Source of the DNA: Candidatus Bilamarchaeum sp.
GTDB lineage: Archaea; Micrarchaeota; Micrarchaeia; Anstonellales; Bilamarchaeaceae
Direction of reading: 5' to 3'
NCBI GenBank assembly: GCA_035455205.1
Contig: DATIFM010000015.1
Span: 1,986-65,985 of the forward strand
Length of the DNA stretch: 64,000 nt
The translations under genes were made by a program, and so were the position numbers. Positions within the stretch are counted from its first letter, which is position 1. Every line of letters starts with the position of its first letter. Shown piece after piece: positions 43,931 to 55,500 of the stretch. Below the pieces are notes generated by a model, which was not told the DNA's origin, did no database searches, and saw nothing but the letters and a program-made list of their open reading frames with translations.

Positions 43931-44485
43931 ATGGGAGAGATTACGAGGACGAAAAAGCTTTTCACGACGAGGGTGGTCGGGGAGGATTCCATCGGCGGGC
44001 TGCAGTGCACGATAGACGCAAGGAAAACGCCCTTCTCCAGCCGCTACGAGGTCCTGCTCGACACCCCGGGAAAATCCGACGAGCCGAGGCTGGTCGCCTC
44101 GGGCTCTTTCATCGAGGCGCTCCGGGCGCTCAAGAGGAGCCCGGAAACCGGGGAGTGCGTGGGCCTCCTGAAGGCGGTCTCGCTTTCCCTCGGCGACGAG
44201 GATGCGGAGCTGTCGAGGAGGTTCAGGGACGACGAGCTTTCCGTGCTCGTGCTCCTCGTGGGCGGGGAAATGGGCGCAGGGAGGATGAGTGAGATACTCA
44301 AAATGCCCGAAAGCACGCTGGAGCTCACCCTCATCTCGCTCAAGGGCGATGGCATAGTCTCGCGCAAGGCCGGGGGGAACCGCCCGTACTGCCTTTCGGA
44401 AACCGGAAGGCGTATCTGCGAGCTGATGAAGGACGATGCGAAAGTCATGGAAATCGTGAGGCGCGTCACTTCCGGAATCGGGTGA
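43931..44485 (+). CDS. Winged-helix (MarR/ArsR-like) DNA-binding domain protein
   Basis: The C-terminal LSVLVLLVGGEMGAGRMSEILKMPESTLELTLISLKGDGIVSRK is a wHTH pattern. The N-terminal domain is unknown. Confidence 0.55.
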   Translation: MGEITRTKKLFTTRVVGEDSIGGLQCTIDARKTPFSSRYEVLLDTPGKSDEPRLVASGSFIEALRALKRSPETGECVGLLKAVSLSLGDEDAELSRRFRDDELSVLVLLVGGEMGAGRMSEILKMPESTLELTLISLKGDGIVSRKAGGNRPYCLSETGRRICELMKDDAKVMEIVRRVTSGIG

Positions 44486-44486
44486 T

Positions 44487-45404
44487 TCAGGAGCAGTTTG
44501 CCCCGTCGCAGGCCCACGGCTCGTAGCAGTAACCGTAATCGCCTTCCACGCAGCAGGACGCGCCGATGAAGCCGCAGTCCGTCCTCTCGATGAAGACTTC
44601 GGTGACGATGATGAATTCGTTGACCTGTGAAATCCCGATCCCTTCCTCGCCGAATGACGGCTCGAGGACGTTCGCGCGGTGGCCTGGGCTCGCAAGCCAG
44701 CCCTGAACGACTTTCGCCTCGAGCGCGCTTTCGCCCACCCAGTCGATTTTCGTCCAGTTCACACGAACCGCGGATTCTGCATATTTTTCCCGCGCGGCGA
44801 GGTCGGAAAGGACGCCCGCGGGGTCAGCGTATTCCTCGACTATCTGCGTTCCGCCTTCGCACGGCGCGTATGGCACGTCCGCGTATTTGAACGACCACTC
44901 GGGCGCCATGAAGATGTTCTCGCCCGACGCGTTGAAGTAGTATATGGAAGCGTTCATAAGGCGCCCCTCCTGATAGAGGCCTGTTTCGAAGCCCTCATGG
45001 TGGATGAAGATGTCCGGGCAGTATATCGAGGGGTCCGTGAGGTTCGCGTTCTCGCGTGCGAGGGCCTCGGAGTGCCCCCTCGCGACCTTCGCCACATCAT
45101 AGTTGTATTCGAGGGGCTCCAGGCCGTTTTTCAGGCGCTCGGCGTTTATCAATGCATGGATTCGCAGCTCCATCGCGGTCAGATTGTACTGCGGCCGGGG
45201 CGCGGGCTTTTCCGGCTGGGGGGAATTGATGCCGGGAATGGGCGGGATTTGAGGGGCCGGCCCTGAAGGCGGGGATGCGGGCTTTTGCGTTCCGGCGGAG
45301 GGGGCCGGGGCCTTTTGCGGGAACAATGCCGGGACTATGAAGAACACGGCAAGGAGCAGGAAAAACAACAGGACCAGAACAAGCATCCTCGCCATGAATA
45401 GCAA
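44487..45404 (-). CDS. Secreted CAP/SCP/PR1-like (YkwD-type) domain protein with Pro-rich linker and Cys-rich C-terminal tail
   Basis: An N-terminal TM/signal, a PAPS-rich linker, INAERLKNGLEPLEYNYDVAKVARGHSEALA and WLASPGHRANVL. Confidence 0.8.
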   Translation of the reverse strand: MLFMARMLVLVLLFFLLLAVFFIVPALFPQKAPAPSAGTQKPASPPSGPAPQIPPIPGINSPQPEKPAPRPQYNLTAMELRIHALINAERLKNGLEPLEYNYDVAKVARGHSEALARENANLTDPSIYCPDIFIHHEGFETGLYQEGRLMNASIYYFNASGENIFMAPEWSFKYADVPYAPCEGGTQIVEEYADPAGVLSDLAAREKYAESAVRVNWTKIDWVGESALEAKVVQGWLASPGHRANVLEPSFGEEGIGISQVNEFIIVTEVFIERTDCGFIGASCCVEGDYGYCYEPWACDGANCS

Positions 45405-45428
45405 AACAAAAACAGGAATAAATGCCTT

Positions 45429-45887
45429 TCACTTGGAAGGCGTGATGTCAACGGTGACAGTCACGCGCTCCGGAGTCGCCTCGTCGAGGGTTATATTGAC
45501 GTCGAGCTTCTTGGAAGGCACGGGGAGCGTCGCGGGCTCGTGGAGCTTCAGGCGGAGGCCGCTCTCGGCCAGGCTCGTCTGCGCCGAGTATTTTATGCGG
45601 GCGATTACATCGGAGCCGGAATTCTCGTAGCTTATCCTGAAGCCGCCTATCTTGTGCTCGCGGCCGTAGGGTATCGTCCCGATTACCTTTTCCGCGAAGT
45701 ATTCGGTCGTGGGCGGAGCAGGGAGCTGCGCTTCGTGGCGCCTGCCCCTGCGCTGCTGCCTCTCTTCCTGCCTCGCTCGGCCCGGCTCGTTTGCGGGGCA
45801 TTCCGTGAGAAGGTAAGTGGAAAGCAGGCCCAGGCTGAGGCCGACTGCCGCGGCTTTTGCTATGCTGGTCTTTGTTACTGGTGGCAT
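45429..45887 (-). CDS. Membrane-anchored hypothetical protein
   Basis: The start is at MPPVTKTSIAKAAAVGLSLGLLSTYLL (TM), followed by an Arg/Gln-rich linker and a beta-rich domain. Confidence 0.5.
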   Translation of the reverse strand: MPPVTKTSIAKAAAVGLSLGLLSTYLLTECPANEPGRARQEERQQRRGRRHEAQLPAPPTTEYFAEKVIGTIPYGREHKIGGFRISYENSGSDVIARIKYSAQTSLAESGLRLKLHEPATLPVPSKKLDVNITLDEATPERVTVTVDITPSK

Positions 45888-46003
45888 GTTATAGAAAATG
45901 TCACGAAAAGGTTTAAAAGAGATGTCAATCCCGGATGCCGGAACCGACGCGGCAAAGCGCAGGGAAGAACGGTTAAAAAGATGTTTCAAGGGTAGTCATT
46001 CTG

Positions 46004-46555
46004 ATGAAAAGGAAATCGGGCGGTGAACGCGGAACGGCGGGCGAATCACAGAAGCCTGCAGCTGGGTACCATCCGGAAACGGATACCATGCCTGCACAGG
46101 TCGGAAGGGAGGCAGTCGTCGCCATGCTCTCCAGGGTGGGAGCCTCGGCGAGCAAAGCCTCGAGCCCGGTGCCATCTGAGCTTGTCGAGCGGCTGGGCAT
46201 TCCGGAAAAACTGTTTTCCGAGGACAGGTGGACGTTCTCCTCCGACCCAGGAATTTCCGTGAAAGCAGTCGCGGAAGCCCTTTTCCGGGGCGCTCCATTG
46301 AATGGAAACCTTCCGGAGCTTCCAGGCTACGGGTTGTGCGTCTTCGGCCGCGGCTCGAGTTCGCTCCTGGTCCTGGTCGACAAGAGCAGAAAAATAGCGG
46401 TAATCGCTACGATAATGTCACATTCCGGGACGCCCGAATGGCAGTCTTTCCTGAAATCCATCGACGAAGGCCTGGAAAGGGCGAAGAAGCTGAGGGCAGA
46501 TGGCACGGCGTTCAAAGTAGTCGTCAACAATTCCTCGCTCACTACGCACATCTGA
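46004..46555 (+). CDS. Hypothetical protein, convergent with and abutting the giant gene's 3' end
   Basis: 183-aa ORF whose stop lies 3 nt from the giant ORF's stop. No family recognised, and the start is uncertain (Met-29 is possible). Confidence 0.5.
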   Translation: MKRKSGGERGTAGESQKPAAGYHPETDTMPAQVGREAVVAMLSRVGASASKASSPVPSELVERLGIPEKLFSEDRWTFSSDPGISVKAVAEALFRGAPLNGNLPELPGYGLCVFGRGSSSLLVLVDKSRKIAVIATIMSHSGTPEWQSFLKSIDEGLERAKKLRADGTAFKVVVNNSSLTTHI

Positions 46556-46558
46556 CTA

Positions 46559-49500
46559 TCATTGAGCCGGCGGCTTCGGGATGAATATCTGCGGCTTTTC
46601 CGGCCACATGCCGGGCACATCGGTTTCTGTTGTGCCGAAGCCGGTGCGGAATATGTCCAGGATTTCCTGGAGCGCTTTCCTTTTCTCGCCCGGCTCCATC
46701 ACAAGCTTCGCAAGAGCTTCGAGCTCATTTGCATCCGCTATCGTCCTGCCTTCCGTGTTCTGGTACACCCTGGCCCTCCCCGCCTCGACGATTATGCCGC
46801 CTACGGGTGCATCCCGTTTGAGGAGGCCGAAGAGCTGTCCGTCATGGTTCTGCAGCTCTTTGGACATTGCGCCCTGGACCTGTGGCGGGTCGGGGAGGGT
46901 GGCGCCCCGGTAAGAGCGTATGAACTCGCCTGCGAGCTGGGTCTTGTCAACTGCCATTCCGCGGGACTCCAGAGCAGTATGGACCATCGTCACGAATTCC
47001 GTGCTTTTCATGGCGAAGTCGCGGTTGAAGAACCCCATCTCGGCTCCGGGAGGCGCCGGGAGTCCGGGCTTCGGCTGGACCATTCCGGCCACCCAGTCGG
47101 TATCGAACGGCTGGAACGTAATTTTCGTCCCATCCGGGGTTTCGACCAGGAAAACGGCGGTGTTCCTGACGGCCCGATCGGCCACGAGAGCGCGCCGTGA
47201 CATCTCATGGTAGGCCGACCAGGCCTGGAACAGCTGGGCCCGCCCTTCAGGAGTCGCAGCCATGTCGAAGAACTGCTTCACTGCCGGATAGCGCGGGTCA
47301 TTCGGGTTCGCCAAAATGCCAGATACCCTGGCCGGGTCCCTCAAAATCTCGCTGTCGAGCATGGCAACGCTCTTTACCGGATATTCGCCGGACTGCCCGT
47401 CGGGAAGCCGCAGCTTGAGGGACTTGCCCACGTATCCGTGCACGTCCTCGCTGAGGCTAAACGTCCCTTCGACGGGCCTTCCGTTTGCATCCGACAGGCC
47501 GGTCTGATATTTGAACGTATGGAGGCCGGCAGAGTAATCGAGCAGCCCCTGCGCGCCGCAAAGCCTGGACCCGAAGGCGGTCGGGCCGAGGTCCTCGTTT
47601 TTGAGGAATATCGTCCTGCCGTCGCTGAGCTTCATCATGTAGGCGCCGGCGTTGCCGCCAAGATGCGCAATGTCGGCTACATACGCGTTCTCGTATCCGG
47701 CGAGGGAACGCAGGTTGCCTTCGAGGTTGCCGCTCAGCACGAATTCGGCCAGCTGCTGGTGCTCCTGGAAGAATGCCCTCCTCTCTTTGGAAAGCCTGAG
47801 CCGGGCATCGGTCGCCATGCCGGGCGGCGCTCCGAGCATTTCGTCCATGACTCCGAATACGCCGTCCCTCTGGTACGCAGCTTTTAAAGCGTCCCGGAAT
47901 TCTCCCGGCTTTACCCCTCTTGCCTGGGCCATGGACGCTATTGTCGCGTGCGGTGGCTCGGCATCCAGTATAGCCCTGGCCCGGCCATCAAGGGTGAGAA
48001 GGGGGATGTCGTTGCTCATTCCCAGGGAACCCATGACCGCCCGCGTTTCTTCGATGCCGCCGCGGAGGTACGCCTCCATGAGCTGGTTCCGGATTTGCTC
48101 GGGGGGAACCCCCCGGGCGTCGGCGGCGGTCTTTATTATCTGCTCAAGAGTAGGGTTCCTCTGACCTTTGGCCAGGGCGACGAATGCAGAATCGAGCGAC
48201 TTGCCGTCTGCATCCCTCCTTGCCAGCCGGTCCAATTCTGCCTGCTCCCGTGCGGGGGCGGCGCTTTCCCACTCCTTTGCGAGCTTCTGGACCTCCGGGC
48301 TGCCGGCTTCGTATTTGAGCATTTCCTCGACCATGCGCCTGACCGCAGGCTCGAGCTTGTCCATCTCACCGGTGAACTCCTGGCCCCTGAGCCCTCGGAC
48401 TTTTTCTGAAATCGCAACAAGCTCCTTTGCGCTCGGCCCTTCCTGTGCAGGCGGGACGCCCGGAGCCTCGCGCCGTGTGATATCTTCGTCAGGCGAAGGC
48501 TGCTTGACTTCTCCCTTCCGGGGCTGCTCGTGCGGCGCTGCAGGGCCTTCCTTCTGGACCATGGCTGGCTTCTGCGGCTCATTCGCAGGAGGCTGCTTCG
48601 GCGTCCCCTCGGGCGGTTTATCTGCCATCGCGACAGGCTTCACCGGCCCTTCCTCGCCCTGTGATTTCTTCGGCTGGTGGAGCTCGTCCAAAACGGGCCG
48701 GGGTGCCTCGACATCAGGGGATGCGCTCGCCGCCTTGGCCCGGGGCTCGGTGGATTCGGGCATCGCCCGGATTACCATGCCCCGTGCAGTTTCAACGAGC
48801 GCTTTTCCGCCCTTGGTATCCGACACCCACTCTTCGAAGCCCTTGCCCTGCGCTTTCATCCGGAACATCTTCTGGCTGTCTTTAGTGGGCATCTGCCCTG
48901 GCTCGCCGGTGATGTGCCTGAGCGCTGCCTGCACGTCCTTCGGAAGCGCGTCGAACCGCGCCGCAACAGAGTCGTCTTTTTTCAGGCCGCTCTCGTGGAG
49001 ATAAAGGTCCCTCGCAAACAAGGCGAGGGATTTGGCATCGGAAAGGTTCATCTGCTTTGCCAGCTCGAAGCCGACATCCTTCTTCATCGGCTCGGGGATT
49101 TGGGGAGTCTCGCCCTTGATGATTGAGGCCGCGATGTCCGTCGGGGATTTCGCTTCCTGGGGCTGGACCGGCGCGGCATTCACCGGAGGCTCGACTTTCT
49201 GGGCAGGCGCTTCCTTCCCCTTGTATTTCACGAAGTCGAGCGCAGCCTGCTCGTGCGGCTGGAGCGGAGTGCCGGCCTTCTGCTTGTCGCGGGCGATTTT
49301 CGCGAGCCGCTCTATCTGGTCGGTCGGCTCACCCGGGCGGTACTGTTTCGTTATTTCCGGCTTCTGGAAATATGAGTCGAGCGTTTTTGACGCGCTGTCA
49401 AGTATCTCGCCCTTCCTGCGGCCCGCCTCTGTCCGGAAAGCCGATGCCCTCCGGTAGAGTTCGACTGCGTCCCCCTTCATGCTCGCGGGGAGCGCGTCGG

Positions 49501-52500
49501 CCCTGGCGTCCATCTCGATTGCGCGGCTCATGAGCGACTCAGGGCTCGCGCCTCCGATGCTCTCGAACCGGGCCTCCTTGGCGAATTTTGCGCGCTCATT
49601 CAGGGCTTCGGTTTCGAGCGCGATGTCGCGCTTCGCGTAGTTCTCGAAGCTCGCCCGCCCCCCTCCAATCCTGAAGTTGTCGTATCTCGTATTGAGGGAC
49701 GAGAAGCTCTCGAAATCGAGCGACGGCTCGACTTTCCGGGCGGTCTCGTAGTTGTTAAGGAGCTCCACCTGCCGCTCGTATCCTATCCCGCGCTTGCTGG
49801 CATAGCTGTTGAATGCCTTCTGCTCCGGCTTGGGAAGCTGGGCCAGGCCCTCGGTAACGGCCTTCTTGTAAATGCCCTCCTGCCACGCTGCGCGGTATTG
49901 CGCCCGGCTTTCGGGCGGAGTGCCGAATATGAGCATCTCTCCTATCTGGAGGGCCCTGCTCCGGTAGACGGGCAGTCCGGTCCTGCTAACCTGCGCGCCA
50001 CGCAGCGCATGGAGGCCGGGCTGGACGCCGCTCTGGATTCCCGTGAGTATTCCTTCGGCGACCGCATACCATCCGGAAACCTGGCCGGATGATGCGGCCT
50101 GGCTAAGCTGGTAGATGGAAACGCCGCCCTGGACTGCGCCCCCGGCTATCATGACGCGGCCGAGCCACGTGGAAGTCAGCTCGAGGGCGGTCGGCGCGAG
50201 CGCGCTCTCGGCCTCGAGGCCGAGCTGGGCCATGCGCGCGGCATTCTGCGCCTGGGCAAGCTCGCCCACGACCGGCGCTGCGGCCGCGCCTATCGCCATC
50301 CCGACCTGGAAAATCATGAACGCCTGCTCGCCAGCTGACATCCCGCTGAAGTCACCGCCGCACGCCTCATAGTATTCCGCGGCGCCGATGAAGCCCTCGG
50401 TCGCGGCGATGGCGCCCGCGAGGTATCCCGTGGCCCCGCCGGTTACAGGCGAGAGCGCGAAGAGCACGCCGTAGCCGGCCATCTTGAGCACGCTCTTTCC
50501 GAGGTTCGCGGCGTCCTGCCAGTCCTGCTTGGACCGCGTCCATTTGCCGGTCTCGTAGTCCGGGTCCCAGAGCTTGCCGTTTATCTCCTGGAACGGCATG
50601 CCCTGCTTGTATACCTGCTCGGACTCGGCGATGACCTCGCTCAGGTACCGCCCTCCGGGGTTCTTGACGATGATTTCCGCGGAGCGGTGGAAGTCCCGCG
50701 AGCGCGTGCCGACGCGCGCAAGGTAATGCTGCTCGTCGGACTCCCACACCCCCACGCCCGCCTTCATCACTATGTCGTTCTCGAGGTTCGTGAACTGGGC
50801 GTAGGCTTCGGATATCCTCCTGAATTCCCCGGGCGTCATCTGGAACTTCTCGAGCGTTCCGTCGTCCTTCTTCCTGAAGCCGCTCAGCCAGAGCTGCATC
50901 TCGGTCTTCATCTGGGCATAGTCCTCGGCATTCCACTTCTTCTGGAGCTCGTTGTCGAGGTCGGACTTGGCGAAGATGATGTTGTAGGCCTCAAGGTTAA
51001 TCTCGTAATCGTTCTTCAGCATGGTCCTGACGCGGTCCGAATCGTTCATCCACCCGTATCCGTCGCGCGTGAGGCTCTTTGCCATCGCAATCGACTCGCC
51101 TGAAAGCCGGTAGAGCTTCAGCTTGTCGTTCTCGTCCTGCGTTATCGCCGCCCGGTTCTGGAGCACTTTCGCGGTCTGGAGGCGCTTCGACACGTACGGC
51201 TCGATTGAGGTGTCCCATTCCATGTTGTTCTTCCGCGCGACGAGGCCGGATGAGAGGGCGAGGAGCTGGACTACCTGGTCGTCGCTGAACTCCTCGGTCC
51301 CCCCGGCCCGCTGGACCGCGGCGAAAAGGAGCTCGGGGCGGTTCGTGAGGACATGGCTCCAGAGCGCCCTGACCTTCTGCTCGTACGAAGGGTCGTTCAC
51401 AGCGCCCTTGGCGTCCTCGAGCATCTTCTTTATCTCCTTCACTTCCGGGCTGTTCGTGTCGGGTATTTTCGAGAGGAGGGAAATCATGCCGTCCTCGTTG
51501 AGCGTGAGCTTGCCCGCCGTGCGCTCTATCGAGTCCCTGCTCTTTAGCGCGAGGCGGGAGGCCGCCCCGTTCTGCTTGGCCCGGCCGAGGAGCCCGCCCT
51601 TCAGTTCATCCACTGCAGGCTCGAGCTGGCGCTTTGCCTTGCCTGCCGCTATCCGCTCGTCGAGGTTCCTTTTCTTGTCGGCCCCGCTCGCCGAGTCGTC
51701 GAGCAGTCCCGGCTCCTCCGGATACCATTCCTTGGTCTTGTACGCGCGCCGCGTGTACTCGTACTCGGCATAGTCGAAGGCCACGCGCTCGTTGTCCGCC
51801 TCCTGCATGCCGACTTTCGTGTAAGAGACGTCCTGCGCGTCCTGGAGCGCGAACTCCGCGCTGGCGATGTCGCCCTTTGCCGCAAGGCCCCTCGCGTCCA
51901 CCACTTTCTGCACGAGCGCATCGCGGTCGAAATAGATGAGGTCTCCGTCCACTATCTTGTCGGCCATGCTCTTGCCGCCAGGAGGGGTGTAGAAGTTGGA
52001 CTGAAGGGCGTCGAGCATCATCTCGCGGCCGAAGTCGCCTCCCTTTCCCTTGTCCATCTTGTCGAGCTTGTCGTAAAAGTCCTGCCGCTTCGCTTCGGGG
52101 AGGTGGGCTATCAGCTGCCGCAGGAGCAGCTCGCTCGGGTATGGCCAGCCGCCTTTGTTCACGGGGAACCCGCCGAGCCCGCGCTCGTCGCTTTTCGGGG
52201 CCGCGAGCCGGAGCTGGCGGCTCAGGCGGAATTCGTCTATGTTCAGCGAGGCGATGAGCCCGCCGCTTTCCATGTCGAATTTGGCCTGCCGGCTCAAGGC
52301 GCCGGCCGCCGCGAAGTTCTCGCCCCAGTAGAGGCCCACGACCTGCTGGAATTTCTTCTCGTTCGCGAGCGGGTCGTACGGTGTCTTGGCCTCCCCGTCC
52401 TCGTAATAGACCATCTTGATGCCGTCAGGGTGGTTCACATCCGTCGTCCCGCTCGCGAGGCTGAAGTAGTATTTCTGGAGCTTGTCGAATTTCTCCGGGT

Positions 52501-55500
52501 CCTCGCTTTCGGCTATCTTCTTGGCCTCGTCCTTCACGTTCTGCGCGGTCTGCGGGTCCAGGTCCGCTATCTTGCCTATCAGCTCCAGGGACTTGTTGAG
52601 GTTCCCTTTCTGCAGGGTCTCCTTGGCCGCGGCTATCCCTGCGTCCCTCGTCCTCATTATGTCCTGCTGCAGTTTCACGGCCTGCTTCCCGGCCTTACCC
52701 GCGCCCGCGGCCTGCTCGAACAATGCAGACTCGCGCTCAGGCGTGAGCGCGCCTTCCTTCCGGTTGCCGAGCCGGTCTGCGTCGTAGCCCAGCCCTATGG
52801 CGAGGTCGGTCTTTATCGCGATGTTGAGCTGGAACCTGCCGCGCTCGCGGTGTATCGTGTTCACTTTCCTGACGCTCTCGTCCATGGTGCCGAGGTCGGA
52901 GGCAAGCGAGCCGGCCGCGAGGCTGAGCTTGTCCGAGTTCTGCCTCGCCTGCGCCGCCTGCGCATAGAGAGCGCCGGCCTGCTCCGAGAGCTTCCCCGCC
53001 TCATCAGCCTTTCCGGCGTCCGCCGCCGCCTTCGCCTGCGCTGCAAGGGAATCGGCCTGGTCCGAGAGCTTTTCGGCCTTCTCGAGCTCTGATGCGGCCT
53101 TCGCGAGCATCTCCCTGCCTTTTGCTATCGCGTCAGTCGCGAAGCCGCGGTCCACTTCCGCCGCCTTAGAGTCATAATAATCGGCGAACGCATTCCTCCC
53201 GGCCTTGCGGTTCTGGTCCGCAAGCGCCTTGAAGCGCTTGCTTTCGCCCTCCCACTGCGCATCTATTCCTTTTCCGAGGAGGTTGTCGAAATCCGTGGCG
53301 TGGGACGCTATGAAGGCGATTTTCGTGAAGGACGCGGCATCCTCCTGCAGTTTTGCAAATGAATCGCCCATCGAATCCTTCAGCGGCTTCTTGGAGAGGA
53401 CTGCCACGGCGGCAGGCGCGCTCACATCCTCAGGCTTCTTTTCGGCAATCCTTTTCGCGTCCTTCTTGTAGTCGCCGAGGTATTTCTCGATTGAAGCCAT
53501 CGCGTCCGCGCGCTGTTTCTTCGAGTCCTTGTCCAGCGCGGACTCCCGCGATGAGGCCAGGGATGAATATGCGAGGGCGAGCTGGCGGAGCTCCTGCGCG
53601 CCGGTCATATCGCCGTTAGCGGCCGCAACCTCGGCAAGGTCGAAGTACGCCCTCGCGTTCGCGAGCTGGCCGCGGTCGCCGATTTTCTTCTCGACTTCGG
53701 CGCGCGCGGAAATATCGCCGAGTATGAACATGCCGGCGCCGGGCGGGATTTTTCCCTCGTCGCACGCCTTCGCTGTTTCTGCGATGCGCGAAAGCTCGCC
53801 GGGGTTCGCAAGCCCGGCCTGCGCGGCCTGCAGGAAGAGCATGCCCTTGTCGGAGTCGCCCGCGATGAACGCCTTCGCGCCCTTTTCGAAAAGCCCGGCA
53901 AGCTCGGGCTTCGGATTTTTTCCTGCCTTGAGCATAAGGTCCCGGAGCGCCATGAGCCCCTTGATGCGCTCGCGCTCGGCGACGATCGCGGCGGACTTTG
54001 CCGCCCTTGCGATAGCCAGCTCCATCGCGTCCGCGTCGGAGATTCCGGGGTTCTCCGCCTTTGCCTCCGCTGCAAGCAGGTCTATCTGCTTTTTGAACTC
54101 CGGGTCCTTCAGCATGTCGCGGACCTGGCCGAGATACTGCTCCGCCTTCTTTTCGTCCGAGAGGTCCTCGCCCCTTGCAATCATGCCCCGGACGCGGTCG
54201 AGCTCCTTTGAAATGTCATTGAGCGGGCCTGCCATCGCGCTTCCCTTCGGAAGCTCGGATGCCATCTTCGCCGCGATTACTGACTGGTCGTTTATCTGGA
54301 TGAAAGTCTGCACGTCCGGCATCGCAGAATCCGGGTCCTTGGCCACCCGCGCCGAGAGCGACTCCAAATCCGCGCGCTGGGATTCGTCGGGCGCCAAGAG
54401 ATATTTTTCGGCAAGGAACTTCTGCGTGCCTGAAATCGAGGGGTCGAGCCCGGCCAGCGTAGCCGAGAGCGCGCGGTTGTATATCGCGACGGCGCCCTTC
54501 CTGCGCTCCTCCGGGAGGCGCGCCCCGGCCGAGCCGCCGAGGAAATCGTTCATGCTTTTGACTACGTCGAGGGCGGCCCTCGCGCGCGAAAGGGATTCCA
54601 AATCGTCGCCGGGCTTTATCTGCGAGAGTATTTCCTGCGTGCTCTCATCCGGGGCCTTGGCCTTTGCGAGCTTCTTTTCGAGCGACTGCTTTATCACCCC
54701 GATGAGCTTTGCGCAGGCCTCCTTTGCCTTGGCAGGGTCCTTCATCGCCGAAACCTGCTGCATGATGTCCCTGCGGTATGAGCCGGCCTCGAAATCGAAT
54801 GCCGCATTCGCCCGCAGCTCGCTTGCCGCGAACATCAGGGTGCGGTACTGCTCGGTTTCGCCCCCCTCCAGCTTGTCGAGCGCGATTCCGTAGAGCTCGG
54901 TGAGGTTTTTTTTCAATTCAAAATTGTCCGTTTTCTGGAACTCCTCGGACATGCGCCGCATCTCGCGCGAGCGGGCGATAAGCGCGCCAACATCGCCTGC
55001 CTTGTCGAAATCCTTGAGCGCGGCGCCTATGTCGCCAAGGAGCTTCTCTGCCCTGCCCTGGAGTTCCTTGGGGAGCGATGGCAGGGATTCTAGGAGAGCC
55101 GACTGCTCGTACGTCAGGTCTTCGCGTGCCTGCTCCTTCATCTTCACGAGCGCCTCGGAATACTGCTTCAGGGCCTCCAGCGCCTGCTCTTCCGGCGCGG
55201 AGACGAGCTCGTTCGCGAACCCGAGCGCCTTGAGCGCGCCGTTCAAATTGTCTGCCTTGAGGGCGGTGAGCGCCTTGCCCGTGACAGAGAGAACGCCGCT
55301 CCGGAGCGTCTCGTTCTCCTTCGGGAGGACCTTGCTCCTGATGAAGCCGAAAATGCCGAGGGCCTGGCTCGCCTTTCCGAGCAGGCCCAGGTCCGCATTC
55401 CCATCCCGGAGCGGCTTGAAGAGCGAGGCGAACGTGTCGGCGAGCTCCGGGCTTACTTTGCGGAGGATTCCCTCTGCCGCCTCCGCATCCTTCAGGAAGC

